A stretch of DNA of 64,000 nucleotides from Synergistaceae bacterium (GTDB lineage Bacteria; Synergistota; Synergistia; Synergistales; Aminobacteriaceae). The translations under genes and the position numbers were made by a program. The stretch lies in assembly GCA_017443945.1 (NCBI GenBank), contig JAFSXS010000052.1, positions 11,160-75,159 of the forward strand, read 5' to 3'. The notes beneath the pieces are model-generated. The model was not told the DNA's origin, made no database searches, and worked only from the letters and a program-made list of their open reading frames with translations. This document shows positions 39,015-47,090 of this stretch, one piece after another (within the stretch, counting starts at the first letter, position 1; each line of letters begins with the position of its first letter).

Positions 39015-39047
39015 AGGTCTTGTGATTCGTTCATGAGGCCTTTTTTG
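39015..39047 (+). terminator. intrinsic terminator; its stem is a near-copy of the one at 57341-57376
   Basis: AGGTCTTGTGA pairs with TCATGAGGCCT (with G.U pairs), followed by T6. Confidence 0.6.
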
Positions 39048-39117
39048 TTGTAAAATATTCCCGCGTTGTATTATACTAATTCGCAAGTTTTATATTTATT
39101 CAGGAGGAAAATTTTTT

Positions 39118-39339
39118 ATGCGCACATTTTTGGCAGTTATTCATATTATAGTCGCAATATTAATGATGATAGTTGTTCTCGCTCAGCAGCGCAAACAAGG
39201 CGGATTTGCAGGAATTTTCGGCGGCGGTACACAACCGGACTCGGGACAGTGGCAGAGATTTACACCTCTTACGAAAATTACGATTGTGTTAGCTTCAATT
39301 TTCATGATAACTTCATTCTTGATCGTGTACATTAACTAA
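39118..39339 (+). CDS. secG: preprotein translocase subunit SecG
   Basis: 73 aa with two TM helices and the characteristic Gly-rich loop LAQQRKQGGFAGIFGGG. AGGAGG lies upstream. Confidence 0.85.
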   Translation: MRTFLAVIHIIVAILMMIVVLAQQRKQGGFAGIFGGGTQPDSGQWQRFTPLTKITIVLASIFMITSFLIVYIN

Positions 39340-39358
39340 GCAAGGGAGAAATAATAAA

Positions 39359-40387
39359 GTGTTGAACTTTCTCAAGGACTCAGAAGCCCTGAAGGTCAAT
39401 CCCGACAGATTTTACAGCGCAACCCATGACGAAATCAAATCAGGTGCTACGACGGATATTTATTTTATTAACACTCGTGATATTCTTGCGTCAATGAATT
39501 TGCTTGATACGCCCGTTACAGCAGAAATTTTCACGCGTTCAACAGGAATGTTTGCGGGTCTTGCTGAAGTATTAGAACTCTTGAAAGATTCTCCCGTTCA
39601 AATCGAAGCATTACCCGAAGGCGAATATTTTACCCCGAAAGAAGTTGTAATGCGTATAAAAGGTTCTTACGGCGCATTTGGTATTCACGAGACAAATTTA
39701 CTCGGCATTCTTTCGAGTTCGTGTGCATGGGCGACGGCGGCTCGTGAGTGCGTCGAAGCTGCAGAGGGCAAACCGGTTTTATCGTTCGGAGCCAGGCATT
39801 TACACCCGGCAATTTCGCCAGTTATGGAAGCTATAGCAGTAAAATTCGGAGGCTGTACGGGTGCGAGCTGCGTATTAGGCGCGAAACTTTGCGGACGCGA
39901 ACCGATGGGCACGATTCCTCATGCTGCGATTTTAATCACCGGCGACACTGTTAAACTTGCTGAAGCGTATGACTCTGTATTGCCTGATTATGTCGGCAGA
40001 ACTTTTTTAGTTGACACGTTTAAAGACGAGTGCGAGGAGGCTTTAAGGCTTGCTCATGCTTTAGGCGATAGACTCGGTGCTGTAAGGCTCGATACTCCCA
40101 GTGAAAGAGGCGGCGTTACAGCTGAATTAGTACGTGAAATGCGTTATAGATTGAATCAAGAAGGTTTTAACCGCGTAAAAATTGTAGTTTCCGGCGGTCT
40201 CAATCCTGCAAGAATCAAAGAATTATCAAGCGCAGGAGCAGACATTTTCGGAGTCGGGAGCTATATTGCTCATGCTGTGCCTATGGATATGACAATGGAT
40301 CTAAAAGAGGTCAACGGCAAACCCATAGCAAAGCGCGGAAGATTACCCGGTATACTTGAAAATAAGCGCCTTGTTAAGATAAAATAA
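39359..40387 (+). CDS. nicotinate phosphoribosyltransferase family protein (short, archaeal-like type)
   Basis: TTDIYF..T..IL, GTIPHA.IL, LDT....GG, SGG.... The pattern matches type II PRTases. GTG start preceded by AGGGAG. Confidence 0.65.
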   Translation: MLNFLKDSEALKVNPDRFYSATHDEIKSGATTDIYFINTRDILASMNLLDTPVTAEIFTRSTGMFAGLAEVLELLKDSPVQIEALPEGEYFTPKEVVMRIKGSYGAFGIHETNLLGILSSSCAWATAARECVEAAEGKPVLSFGARHLHPAISPVMEAIAVKFGGCTGASCVLGAKLCGREPMGTIPHAAILITGDTVKLAEAYDSVLPDYVGRTFLVDTFKDECEEALRLAHALGDRLGAVRLDTPSERGGVTAELVREMRYRLNQEGFNRVKIVVSGGLNPARIKELSSAGADIFGVGSYIAHAVPMDMTMDLKEVNGKPIAKRGRLPGILENKRLVKIK

Positions 40388-40460
40388 TTTGACGTGAACA
40401 AGCCCCCGTTCACAGAGATTTATTATAGATTTATAAAATTTGCAGGAGGAATATTTATAA

Positions 40461-40892
40461 ATGACGGGCAGCAGCTCATATTTGGCAAAACCAGGCCAAA
40501 TAAAACGAAAATGGTACGTTATTGACGCGTCAGACAGATCAATAGGCCGTCTGGCAGCAGTAATTTCACGAATATTAACGGGCAAGAATAAGCCGACTTA
40601 CACGCCTCATGTTGATACGGGCGATTATGTTATTGTCATCAACGCAGAAAAAGTGAAGCTCACCGGCAATAAAGCATCGCAGTCAACTTGGCACTATCAC
40701 ACAGGACATCCGGGCGGTTATCGTGCTACAAACTGGGGAGTCCTGCTCAAGACAAAACCGGCGGCACTCTTTCATCACGTTGTAAAAGGAATGCTCCCGC
40801 GAAATAGACTCAAATACGCAAGCAAGCTGAAAGTTTATGCAGGGCCTTCACATCCTCACGAAGCACAGAACCCTGAAGCACTCGAAATCTAA
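40461..40892 (+). CDS. rplM: 50S ribosomal protein L13
   Basis: KRKWYVIDASDRSIGRLAAVISRILTGKNKPTYTPHVDTGDYVIVINAEKV. Confidence 0.97.
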   Translation: MTGSSSYLAKPGQIKRKWYVIDASDRSIGRLAAVISRILTGKNKPTYTPHVDTGDYVIVINAEKVKLTGNKASQSTWHYHTGHPGGYRATNWGVLLKTKPAALFHHVVKGMLPRNRLKYASKLKVYAGPSHPHEAQNPEALEI

Positions 40893-40911
40893 ACAGGAGG
40901 AGAATATATAA

Positions 40912-41307
40912 ATGTCAGACGATAAATATATATGGGGAACAGGCCGGCGCAAAAACGCTCTTGCAAGAGTCAGAATTTGTTCAGGCACTGGCGAAATAAA
41001 GATTAATAATCGCAGCGTAGAAGAATATTTCCCGCGCTTAATGTGGCAGTCGCAGGTCTATCAGTCATTGAAAACGGCCGGAGTTGAAGGCAGAGTCGAT
41101 GTATTTGTAAATGCTTCCGGCGGCGGCTTAACTGGTCAGGCAGGTGCAGTAAAATTAGGTATTGCACGCGCATTAATCAAGATGAATCCTGATTACAGAC
41201 CGGCACTCAAGAAAGAAGGACTCTTAACGAGAGATCCGAGAATGGTCGAGCGTAAAAAGTTCGGTCAAAAAGGTGCAAGAGGAAAGAGACAGTACTCGAA
41301 GCGTTAA
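40912..41307 (+). CDS. rpsI: 30S ribosomal protein S9
   Basis: GTGRRKNALARVR...GGGLTGQAGAVKLGIARAL...LTRDPRMVERKKFGQKGARGKRQYSKR. Confidence 0.97.
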   Translation: MSDDKYIWGTGRRKNALARVRICSGTGEIKINNRSVEEYFPRLMWQSQVYQSLKTAGVEGRVDVFVNASGGGLTGQAGAVKLGIARALIKMNPDYRPALKKEGLLTRDPRMVERKKFGQKGARGKRQYSKR

Positions 41308-41355
41308 AATATTTTCCCCCCGTCAAGATGCAGGCGAGGGGATTTTTTTGCGCGT

Positions 41356-42006
41356 TTAATTGCTTATGTGTGCGTCTAACGGGATTGCTTTATTTTGTTC
41401 AGCTAGTGAAGGCGCTGCATTGTCCGTGAAAATTATTTCTGCTTGGACACCTGTAGAGGCTGCTACTGACGTTAAAATTTTTCTTGCGTTCTCGTCCGAG
41501 TGTGCCAAGATTCCCCGTTCGATTTCGTGAGCTTTTACTTTGTTGAGGTCGGACAAAATTTCGCGGTTCTGATCCTCAAGTTTTATAGATGTAAATATTC
41601 CCGCGTGCTGGTCATAGACTTCAAGAGACTGCATATCGGCGTAAATGTCAGTAATTTCACTGTGAGGGAGCGAGATAATTACTTTGTTGTCAAATTTTTC
41701 TGAGACTTGAGCTTTTGACAAATCGCACCCGCATACTATTGTGCCGTTATATTTGAGCATAAATTTTCGAGTTGTGCCCGGTATATTTGCGTCAATGAAG
41801 GGAATTTTTACGCCCTCAGAAAATGTTACGATTGATTGAAAACTTTCGCGCACCGTTGCAAGCTCGCTGACGTTCTGAATCCCCGCAAGTATAGTAGACC
41901 TCACAGAAATATTTTGCGGCTTCTTACCTTTTTTGCGCGTGAACATCAAGACATTTATTGCAATCGAGGCGGCAAGAGCTAATACTATAACAATTGTAGC
42001 TGTCAA
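41356..42006 (-). CDS. DUF4230 domain membrane-anchored protein
   Basis: N-terminal TM helix, then the DUF4230-like pattern VSELATVRESFQSIVTF...KYNGTIVCGCDLSKAQV...ISLPHSEI...GILAHSDENARKIL. Confidence 0.65.
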   Translation of the reverse strand: MTATIVIVLALAASIAINVLMFTRKKGKKPQNISVRSTILAGIQNVSELATVRESFQSIVTFSEGVKIPFIDANIPGTTRKFMLKYNGTIVCGCDLSKAQVSEKFDNKVIISLPHSEITDIYADMQSLEVYDQHAGIFTSIKLEDQNREILSDLNKVKAHEIERGILAHSDENARKILTSVAASTGVQAEIIFTDNAAPSLAEQNKAIPLDAHISN

Positions 42007-42061
42007 ATTTAGTCCCTCCTGATAAAAAATTTTATTACACGCAATATAATATCAGAAAAAT

Positions 42062-42090
42062 TTGCAGACTTTCCGGCGAGATATTATAAT
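42062..42090 (+). promoter_or_regulatory. sigma-70-like promoter for the phosphoethanolamine-transferase locus
   Basis: TTGCAG (42062-42067), a 17-nt spacer, then TATAAT (42085-42090). Confidence 0.5.
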
Positions 42091-42123
42091 CACTGTAAAT
42101 TATTATACATTGGAGGAGAATCT

Positions 42124-42195
42124 ATGCTCTTGACGGAACGGCACGGAACGGCACGGAACGGCATAGCGTTATTTCGTGGTGTCTTGAGTGGCTGA
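42124..42195 (+). CDS. 23-codon ORF with a strong SD; most simply read as the out-of-frame 5' end of the downstream transferase gene
   Basis: GGAGGAG (42112-42118) lies 5 nt before the ATG. Translation is MLLTERHGTARNGIALFRGVLSG*. The 10-bp x3 repeat sits inside it. Confidence 0.5.
   Translation: MLLTERHGTARNGIALFRGVLSG
42133..42163 (+). repeat. perfect decanucleotide repeat (ACGGAACGGC) x3.1
   Basis: It reads acggaacggc acggaacggc acggaacggc a. The unit length is not a multiple of 3. Confidence 0.95.
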
Positions 42196-42230
42196 ACAGT
42201 GAGAAAAATTTTATTTTCTGGCTAATAGCG

Positions 42231-43835
42231 TTGAATCTTATCACTATAGTCGGAGATTTGAAGGGCAGCAGCAATTTACGAAAAATTTTACATTTTGGGT
42301 GCAGCCTGTCAATTATCTTAATGTATGTAACACTTGCAAGTTTGTTGATATATTTATTTCTTCGCAGATTTAGAGTCGTTCACAAGTTCGTAAAATTTAT
42401 TTTTCTGGCTGTAAATGCGGTATTCTTTGCGTTAGATTTATTCACAGTATATTATTATCACATACGATTTAATATATTAATGCTGAATATTGCTCTAATG
42501 ACAAATTTTCGCGAGGGCAGCGAGTTTTTACAGATGTATCTGTTAAATAAATCTTTCTGGCTGTTCGTTCTTGCTATAATTGCGTTGATATTTATTGCTC
42601 GTAAAGTTTGGCAGATAGCATTTAAACCCGGTAAATTAATTTTGTGTCTGCTCATAATATTTTTATTTGCTGGAATATTCTCATCCGTAAGAGAAATTTC
42701 TATGGGCAACGGCCGAAAAAGAGACATAACAAATTATCTCGGATTCACAAGATTTTGCTGTATGACTGCAAGATATTACAATGCCAGCAGAGAATATAAT
42801 AAAGTTTTAAGCGAGCCTAATGCAGTAATCACAAAAAATTTGAGAAGCATTCCATATATAATATTTATTCTCGGTGAGTCGGCTGCAAGACATCACATGA
42901 GCATTTACGGTTATGATCTGCCTACGAGTCCAAATCTTGAAAAACGTCAAATATATATATTCAATGATGTTGTATGCGCTGAACCACACACTGTAGCTTC
43001 AGTTAGAAAAATGTTTACGTTTCATAATAATGAGCTCCCCGGCCCATGGTATAATTACATGAATTTATTTAGCATTCTTAAAGCAGCAGGTTATTATAAT
43101 ATTTGGCTCTCAAATCAGGAAGTTTATATAGGACTTGACGCTATAAATTTTTATGTGAATATTTGCGATGAAAGACATTTTATCGAGTTTAAATCTTACT
43201 GGGACGGCGGGTCGGCTTATGATGATAGTCTGCTCCCCATACTTGACGAAAAATTAACGCATTCTCGCGAGAAAAATTTTTACATGCTCCACTTGAATGG
43301 CAGTCACGTAGCTTATAAAAATAGATACCCGGCAGAATACGCAAAATTTACGGCCAAAGACGAAATAAGCGGCTATTCCGGTATAACTGAATCAGAAAAA
43401 ATTACCCGCGCAGAATATGATAATACTATATTATATAATGATTATGTCCTGAACGAAATTATTAAACGCTTTGAGGACAAGAACGCAATAATTATTTATA
43501 CTTCGGATCACGGGCAGGAAGTATATGATCTTATTAGCTCGGCTGGACATGGCTGGTTTCAGACGCGCAATGTTGCTGAAGTACCGTTTTTAATTTGGAC
43601 ATCGAGAAAATTTTGCGAGTCATATCCCGATTTAGACGCAAGAATTAAATCAAGCGTTGACCGGCCTTACATGACAGATGATGTTATTCATACAATTTTA
43701 GATATTGCAGGAATAGAGACTCCCGGCTATGATCCCGCAAAAAGTGTAATTAATGCAAAATTCGACTCGTCCCGGCCAAGAATTAATAAAGATTATATTT
43801 ACACTAAGGAGAAAGGTTTAATTGAGGTACAGTAA
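42231..43835 (+). CDS. phosphoethanolamine transferase (EptA/EptB-like; N-terminal TM domain + sulfatase-fold domain); body of a probably phase-variable gene
   Basis: Five or so TM helices, then the sulfatase-type motifs ILGESAARHHMSIYGY, HLNGSH and YTSDHGQ. The track start (TTG 42231) has no SD. The same frame is open back to 42099. Confidence 0.8.
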   Translation: MNLITIVGDLKGSSNLRKILHFGCSLSIILMYVTLASLLIYLFLRRFRVVHKFVKFIFLAVNAVFFALDLFTVYYYHIRFNILMLNIALMTNFREGSEFLQMYLLNKSFWLFVLAIIALIFIARKVWQIAFKPGKLILCLLIIFLFAGIFSSVREISMGNGRKRDITNYLGFTRFCCMTARYYNASREYNKVLSEPNAVITKNLRSIPYIIFILGESAARHHMSIYGYDLPTSPNLEKRQIYIFNDVVCAEPHTVASVRKMFTFHNNELPGPWYNYMNLFSILKAAGYYNIWLSNQEVYIGLDAINFYVNICDERHFIEFKSYWDGGSAYDDSLLPILDEKLTHSREKNFYMLHLNGSHVAYKNRYPAEYAKFTAKDEISGYSGITESEKITRAEYDNTILYNDYVLNEIIKRFEDKNAIIIYTSDHGQEVYDLISSAGHGWFQTRNVAEVPFLIWTSRKFCESYPDLDARIKSSVDRPYMTDDVIHTILDIAGIETPGYDPAKSVINAKFDSSRPRINKDYIYTKEKGLIEVQ

Positions 43836-44157
43836 CATTTTTTCGCGGTTATTCAATGCCTCGCGTTACTCTCTGGAGGGCTTGTATTATGCGTTGACTC
43901 ATGAGCAGGCTTTCCAGTATGAGTTTATCATGCTGATTATAATAATTTTGGCTGGAAAATCTTTATTGCTTGCGGGAGCGTGGCTCATTGTGATGTGTCT
44001 TGAACTTATAAACTCTGCTGTCGAGAAAGCATTTGACTTAATCGATAAAAATTTTAGACACGAGATCAAAGCCGGCAAAGACATGCTCTCATGCGCTATT
44101 TTTCTTGCTGTATGCTTTAATATAATTTTATGGGGGTATGTTATTATAATGCAATAA
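43822..44157 (+). CDS. dgkA: diacylglycerol kinase
   Basis: RYSLEGLYYALTHEQAFQYE...ELINSAVEKAFDLI......AGKDMLSCAIFLAV matches the DgkA pattern. It overlaps the transferase stop by 14 nt. Confidence 0.8.
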   Translation: MRYSNIFSRLFNASRYSLEGLYYALTHEQAFQYEFIMLIIIILAGKSLLLAGAWLIVMCLELINSAVEKAFDLIDKNFRHEIKAGKDMLSCAIFLAVCFNIILWGYVIIMQ

Positions 44158-44208
44158 ATTTTTTGCAGGGAGTGAGAATAAATTAACGCCTCCGAAATTA
44201 TAACAAAC

Positions 44209-45045
44209 TTGAAAATTTTGGGTCTCAGCGCAGGAGCAACCCCAAACGATATTCATGCAGCTTTTAGAAAATTGGCGCGCGAACTTCATCCGGATATAAC
44301 AGGCTCTAAGAGTGATTTTCGATTCAAACAAGTAACTGGGGCATATTCACTCCTGAAAAATTTAGCTCCCGAAGAACTTGCGGCAATTACTCCGGCACAA
44401 ACGCGCGAAAAAGTAATTAACCATGAGACCGGCAAAATTAACGCGATTCTTGACAAGTACAGCCACGAAATAAAAAATTATTACGCGAATCACTCAAGCA
44501 CAGAAGGACTTGACATAAACGCAATTTTATTCAGGCTTAAATCTCATAATCCCAGAATCATAAATATTGCATTGAAGCATTCAGGAAGATTCGCTAATAA
44601 ATTAGAATTTCGGCGCGCATTATGTGAAGTCCTGAAGAGTGATAATTTAAACGAGGAGACAGCAAGACTCGCCGGTTCACTCCCGTTTGATGACAACACA
44701 CGCAGGCAGTTAGCATTTGACTCGGCCTCGAACGCTGCAAATTTTCCCGCAGGTCTGATAATTAATTTAATCGCAAATGATATAGACTTGATGGAAAAAT
44801 TTTTATTGTTCGTGTCGCCTGAAAATGTAAGCGTGATATTAAGACGCTGGCCAAACGGTAAAATCATAAATTCAGGCGTGATACGGCATTTGTTAAGCTC
44901 TGACGACGAAAAAATTTTAGTCCCGTTATTGTCAACTGCAAAAATTAAATTTCCCGGCGCATTATTGCCCCATAAACGAAGACTCGCAGCTCTTGAGACT
45001 CACCCGTCGGCAGCTGTTCGGGCATGGGCGAAAAATTTTGTATAA
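44209..45045 (+). CDS. J-domain (DnaJ-like) protein with a helical-repeat C-terminal region
   Basis: ILGLSAGATPNDIHAAFRKLARELHPDITG contains the HPD motif. No Zn finger or DnaJ C-domain is present. Confidence 0.7.
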   Translation: MKILGLSAGATPNDIHAAFRKLARELHPDITGSKSDFRFKQVTGAYSLLKNLAPEELAAITPAQTREKVINHETGKINAILDKYSHEIKNYYANHSSTEGLDINAILFRLKSHNPRIINIALKHSGRFANKLEFRRALCEVLKSDNLNEETARLAGSLPFDDNTRRQLAFDSASNAANFPAGLIINLIANDIDLMEKFLLFVSPENVSVILRRWPNGKIINSGVIRHLLSSDDEKILVPLLSTAKIKFPGALLPHKRRLAALETHPSAAVRAWAKNFV

Positions 45046-45150
45046 TTAAAAAATTTCCAGTAATCTAATATAATAAGTGCGTTGTTACATAAACGAAGGC
45101 TCGCAGATATTAGGGCAAAAAAATTTGTATAAAGGAGTCAATCACAATAA

Positions 45151-46782
45151 ATGATTAAAGATTTTCCCGCAAAAATTGAATCAATCCCGCAAATAATAGA
45201 TTTCATAGACTCTCACATGAACACCGGCAAGAAATCTCTGCAAACAAAAATATTGACAGAAGAATGTATTAATAAATTGCTCGAACACGCTGACTCCGAC
45301 GCTAAAATTATACGAGTCAGAATAAATAAATTTCTCGGCAATCTTCACATTGATATTTACGTTAATGGCGAAAATTTCGACTTCCGGAAAAATTTAACTC
45401 TCGGCGTTGATTTGGCAAATTCTGATATGTCAATAGAGACATCCGAAGCAATATCTAACTTACTTATAAAATCTCTTGCAGACAAATTAACTTATTCCCA
45501 TCACAACGGCGTAAATAAAATAAGAATCACTATTGCAAATAAATCGCCGTATACAATGCTTTATTACACGTTATTTGCTATTGTTGCTGCGATAATAACG
45601 GGTCTTATCATGAAAAATTTTGCTGATTCTGAGACTTGCAGGAACTTCAACGATTATATTTTATCGCCTGTGCGTGAAATTTTTATGGACGGCCTTAAAT
45701 TATGTTCAGTAGGAATTATATTTTTCTCGATTGCCTCATGTATTACAAATTTGGGCGGAATGTCAGATTTAAAAAAGGTCGGCGGCGTACTAATTATTTG
45801 CTTTATCGTCATGCACATTATATCAGCTTTTGCCGGCGTGGGAGCTTTTTACGCGTTTAAACCGATTACTACAGTTCATGCAGTATCAAATCAGGTCAAT
45901 AATATAAATACTGTGAGTAACAATGCCGAAATTACGCTAATTAATTTTATTGCGAATCTGATTCCTGAAAATATTGTCAGACCGTTTTTAGAGAGTCAAA
46001 TGCTGCAATTAATAGTACTTGGGATTCTAATTGGTTATGCTGCGGGGGCTGCAGGTGCGAGTTTGTTCAGGCAATTTATAGACGAGTGCAATAATATTTT
46101 CATGAAGATTATAGGTATATTCATAAAACTTATTCCTCTGGTCGTGTTCTGCTCGATTACTTCAATGTTTCTGACTATAGGCGGACAAGTAATGATCTCA
46201 TTATTAGGGCTTGTTATCACAAATTTTGCGATTCAAATTATAGTCATGATATTATTCTTTGCTGTTGTAGTTATTACGTGCCGTCTTAACCCTGCAAAAA
46301 TTTTCGTGAAGTCGCTTCAAATGTTGATAACTGCATTCACTACCTGTTCGACAAATGCATCTATACCAGAAAGCATTACAGCCGCTCAAAAAATGGGAGT
46401 TGACTCAAAAATTTATTCGTTCTCGATTCCATTAAGCACTGCACTAAACAAAGCTGGCGTTACTCTTGAACTGCTTCTGAATACTATTGCAATTTCTTAT
46501 ATGTTCGGTGTAGATGTTTCATTTCACAAGATGTTATCTATGATTTTACCGGCGATTATATTCAATATTGCGTCTCCCGGTATTGCTGGCGGTGTAACTA
46601 TTACATTTGCTGCCCTTATTGCTATGCTTGGCGCGCCGTCTGATTCAATAGCACTCTATATAGCAATGGATCCGATTATTGATATGTTTGTGACTCCGGT
46701 TATATGTTTTGGCAATATTTTAGTGACTCTATTTACGGCGAGTCATACAGGAATGATTGACAGAAAAATTTTTAATTCGTGA
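45151..46782 (+). CDS. dicarboxylate/amino acid:cation symporter (DAACS) with a ~130-aa N-terminal anti-sigma-factor/HATPase_c_2-like extension
   Basis: The C-terminal ~400 aa carry DAACS features (CSTNASIPES, SPGIAGGV, MDPIIDMFVTPVICFGNI). The N-terminus KILTEECINKLLEHADSDAKIIRVRINKFLGNLHIDIYVNGENFDF resembles RsbW/SpoIIAB-type modules. Confidence 0.7.
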   Translation: MIKDFPAKIESIPQIIDFIDSHMNTGKKSLQTKILTEECINKLLEHADSDAKIIRVRINKFLGNLHIDIYVNGENFDFRKNLTLGVDLANSDMSIETSEAISNLLIKSLADKLTYSHHNGVNKIRITIANKSPYTMLYYTLFAIVAAIITGLIMKNFADSETCRNFNDYILSPVREIFMDGLKLCSVGIIFFSIASCITNLGGMSDLKKVGGVLIICFIVMHIISAFAGVGAFYAFKPITTVHAVSNQVNNINTVSNNAEITLINFIANLIPENIVRPFLESQMLQLIVLGILIGYAAGAAGASLFRQFIDECNNIFMKIIGIFIKLIPLVVFCSITSMFLTIGGQVMISLLGLVITNFAIQIIVMILFFAVVVITCRLNPAKIFVKSLQMLITAFTTCSTNASIPESITAAQKMGVDSKIYSFSIPLSTALNKAGVTLELLLNTIAISYMFGVDVSFHKMLSMILPAIIFNIASPGIAGGVTITFAALIAMLGAPSDSIALYIAMDPIIDMFVTPVICFGNILVTLFTASHTGMIDRKIFNS

Positions 46783-46839
46783 TAAAAAAATTTGCATTTT
46801 TGCGCATGTGATAATATAATAGCCTCTGTTGCTTACGAC

Positions 46840-46912
46840 GAATCGCTAGCTCAGTCGGTAGAGCACCGGACTTTTAATCCGGGTGTCGGGGGTTCAAGTC
46901 CCCCGCGATTCA
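46840..46912 (+). tRNA. tRNA-Lys (TTT)
   Basis: GAATCGCTAGCTCAGTCGGTAGAGCACCGGACTTTTAATCCGGGTGTCGGGGGTTCAAGTCCCCCGCGATTCA. Confidence 0.9.
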
Positions 46913-46929
46913 TCAGCAAAATACTTCTT

Positions 46930-47002
46930 GGTCCCATCGTCTAGAGGCCGAGGACACAGCCCTTTCAAGGCTGCGGCGCGGGTTCGAATCCCGCTGGGAC
47001 CG
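46930..47002 (+). tRNA. tRNA-Glu (TTC)
   Basis: GGTCCCATCGTCTAGAGGCCGAGGACACAGCCCTTTCAAGGCTG...GGGTTCGAATCCCGCTGGGACCG. Confidence 0.9.
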
Positions 47003-47090
47003 TTACAGAATCTCTCACGCAAATTAATTCATTCACGCAATATAATAAATAACCGCTCAATTTCCGCAATCAAGCGGCCATAATCGTGCG

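Noticed and set aside
39066-39335. 89-aa ORF overlapping secG in another frame
   Set aside because: The secG frame (39118-39339) gives a textbook SecG with an SD. The alternative frame is Arg/Tyr/Ser-rich with no features.
42231-42233. Accepting TTG 42231 as the genuine, constitutive start of the phosphoethanolamine transferase
   Set aside because: There is no SD. It would bisect a hydrophobic helix encoded by the open upstream frame. A strong promoter/SD/ATG sits exactly one 10-bp repeat unit out of frame. The coordinate is kept in the feature table only as the first in-frame start in the current sequence.
45089-45133. An echo of the J-domain gene 3' end in the following spacer (CATAAACGAAG(A/G)CTCGCAG and AAAAA(A)TTTGTATAA recur)
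   Set aside because: The two matches are short (about 19 and 17 nt) and not colinear with the same spacing. That is too little to call a duplication or an att-like site.
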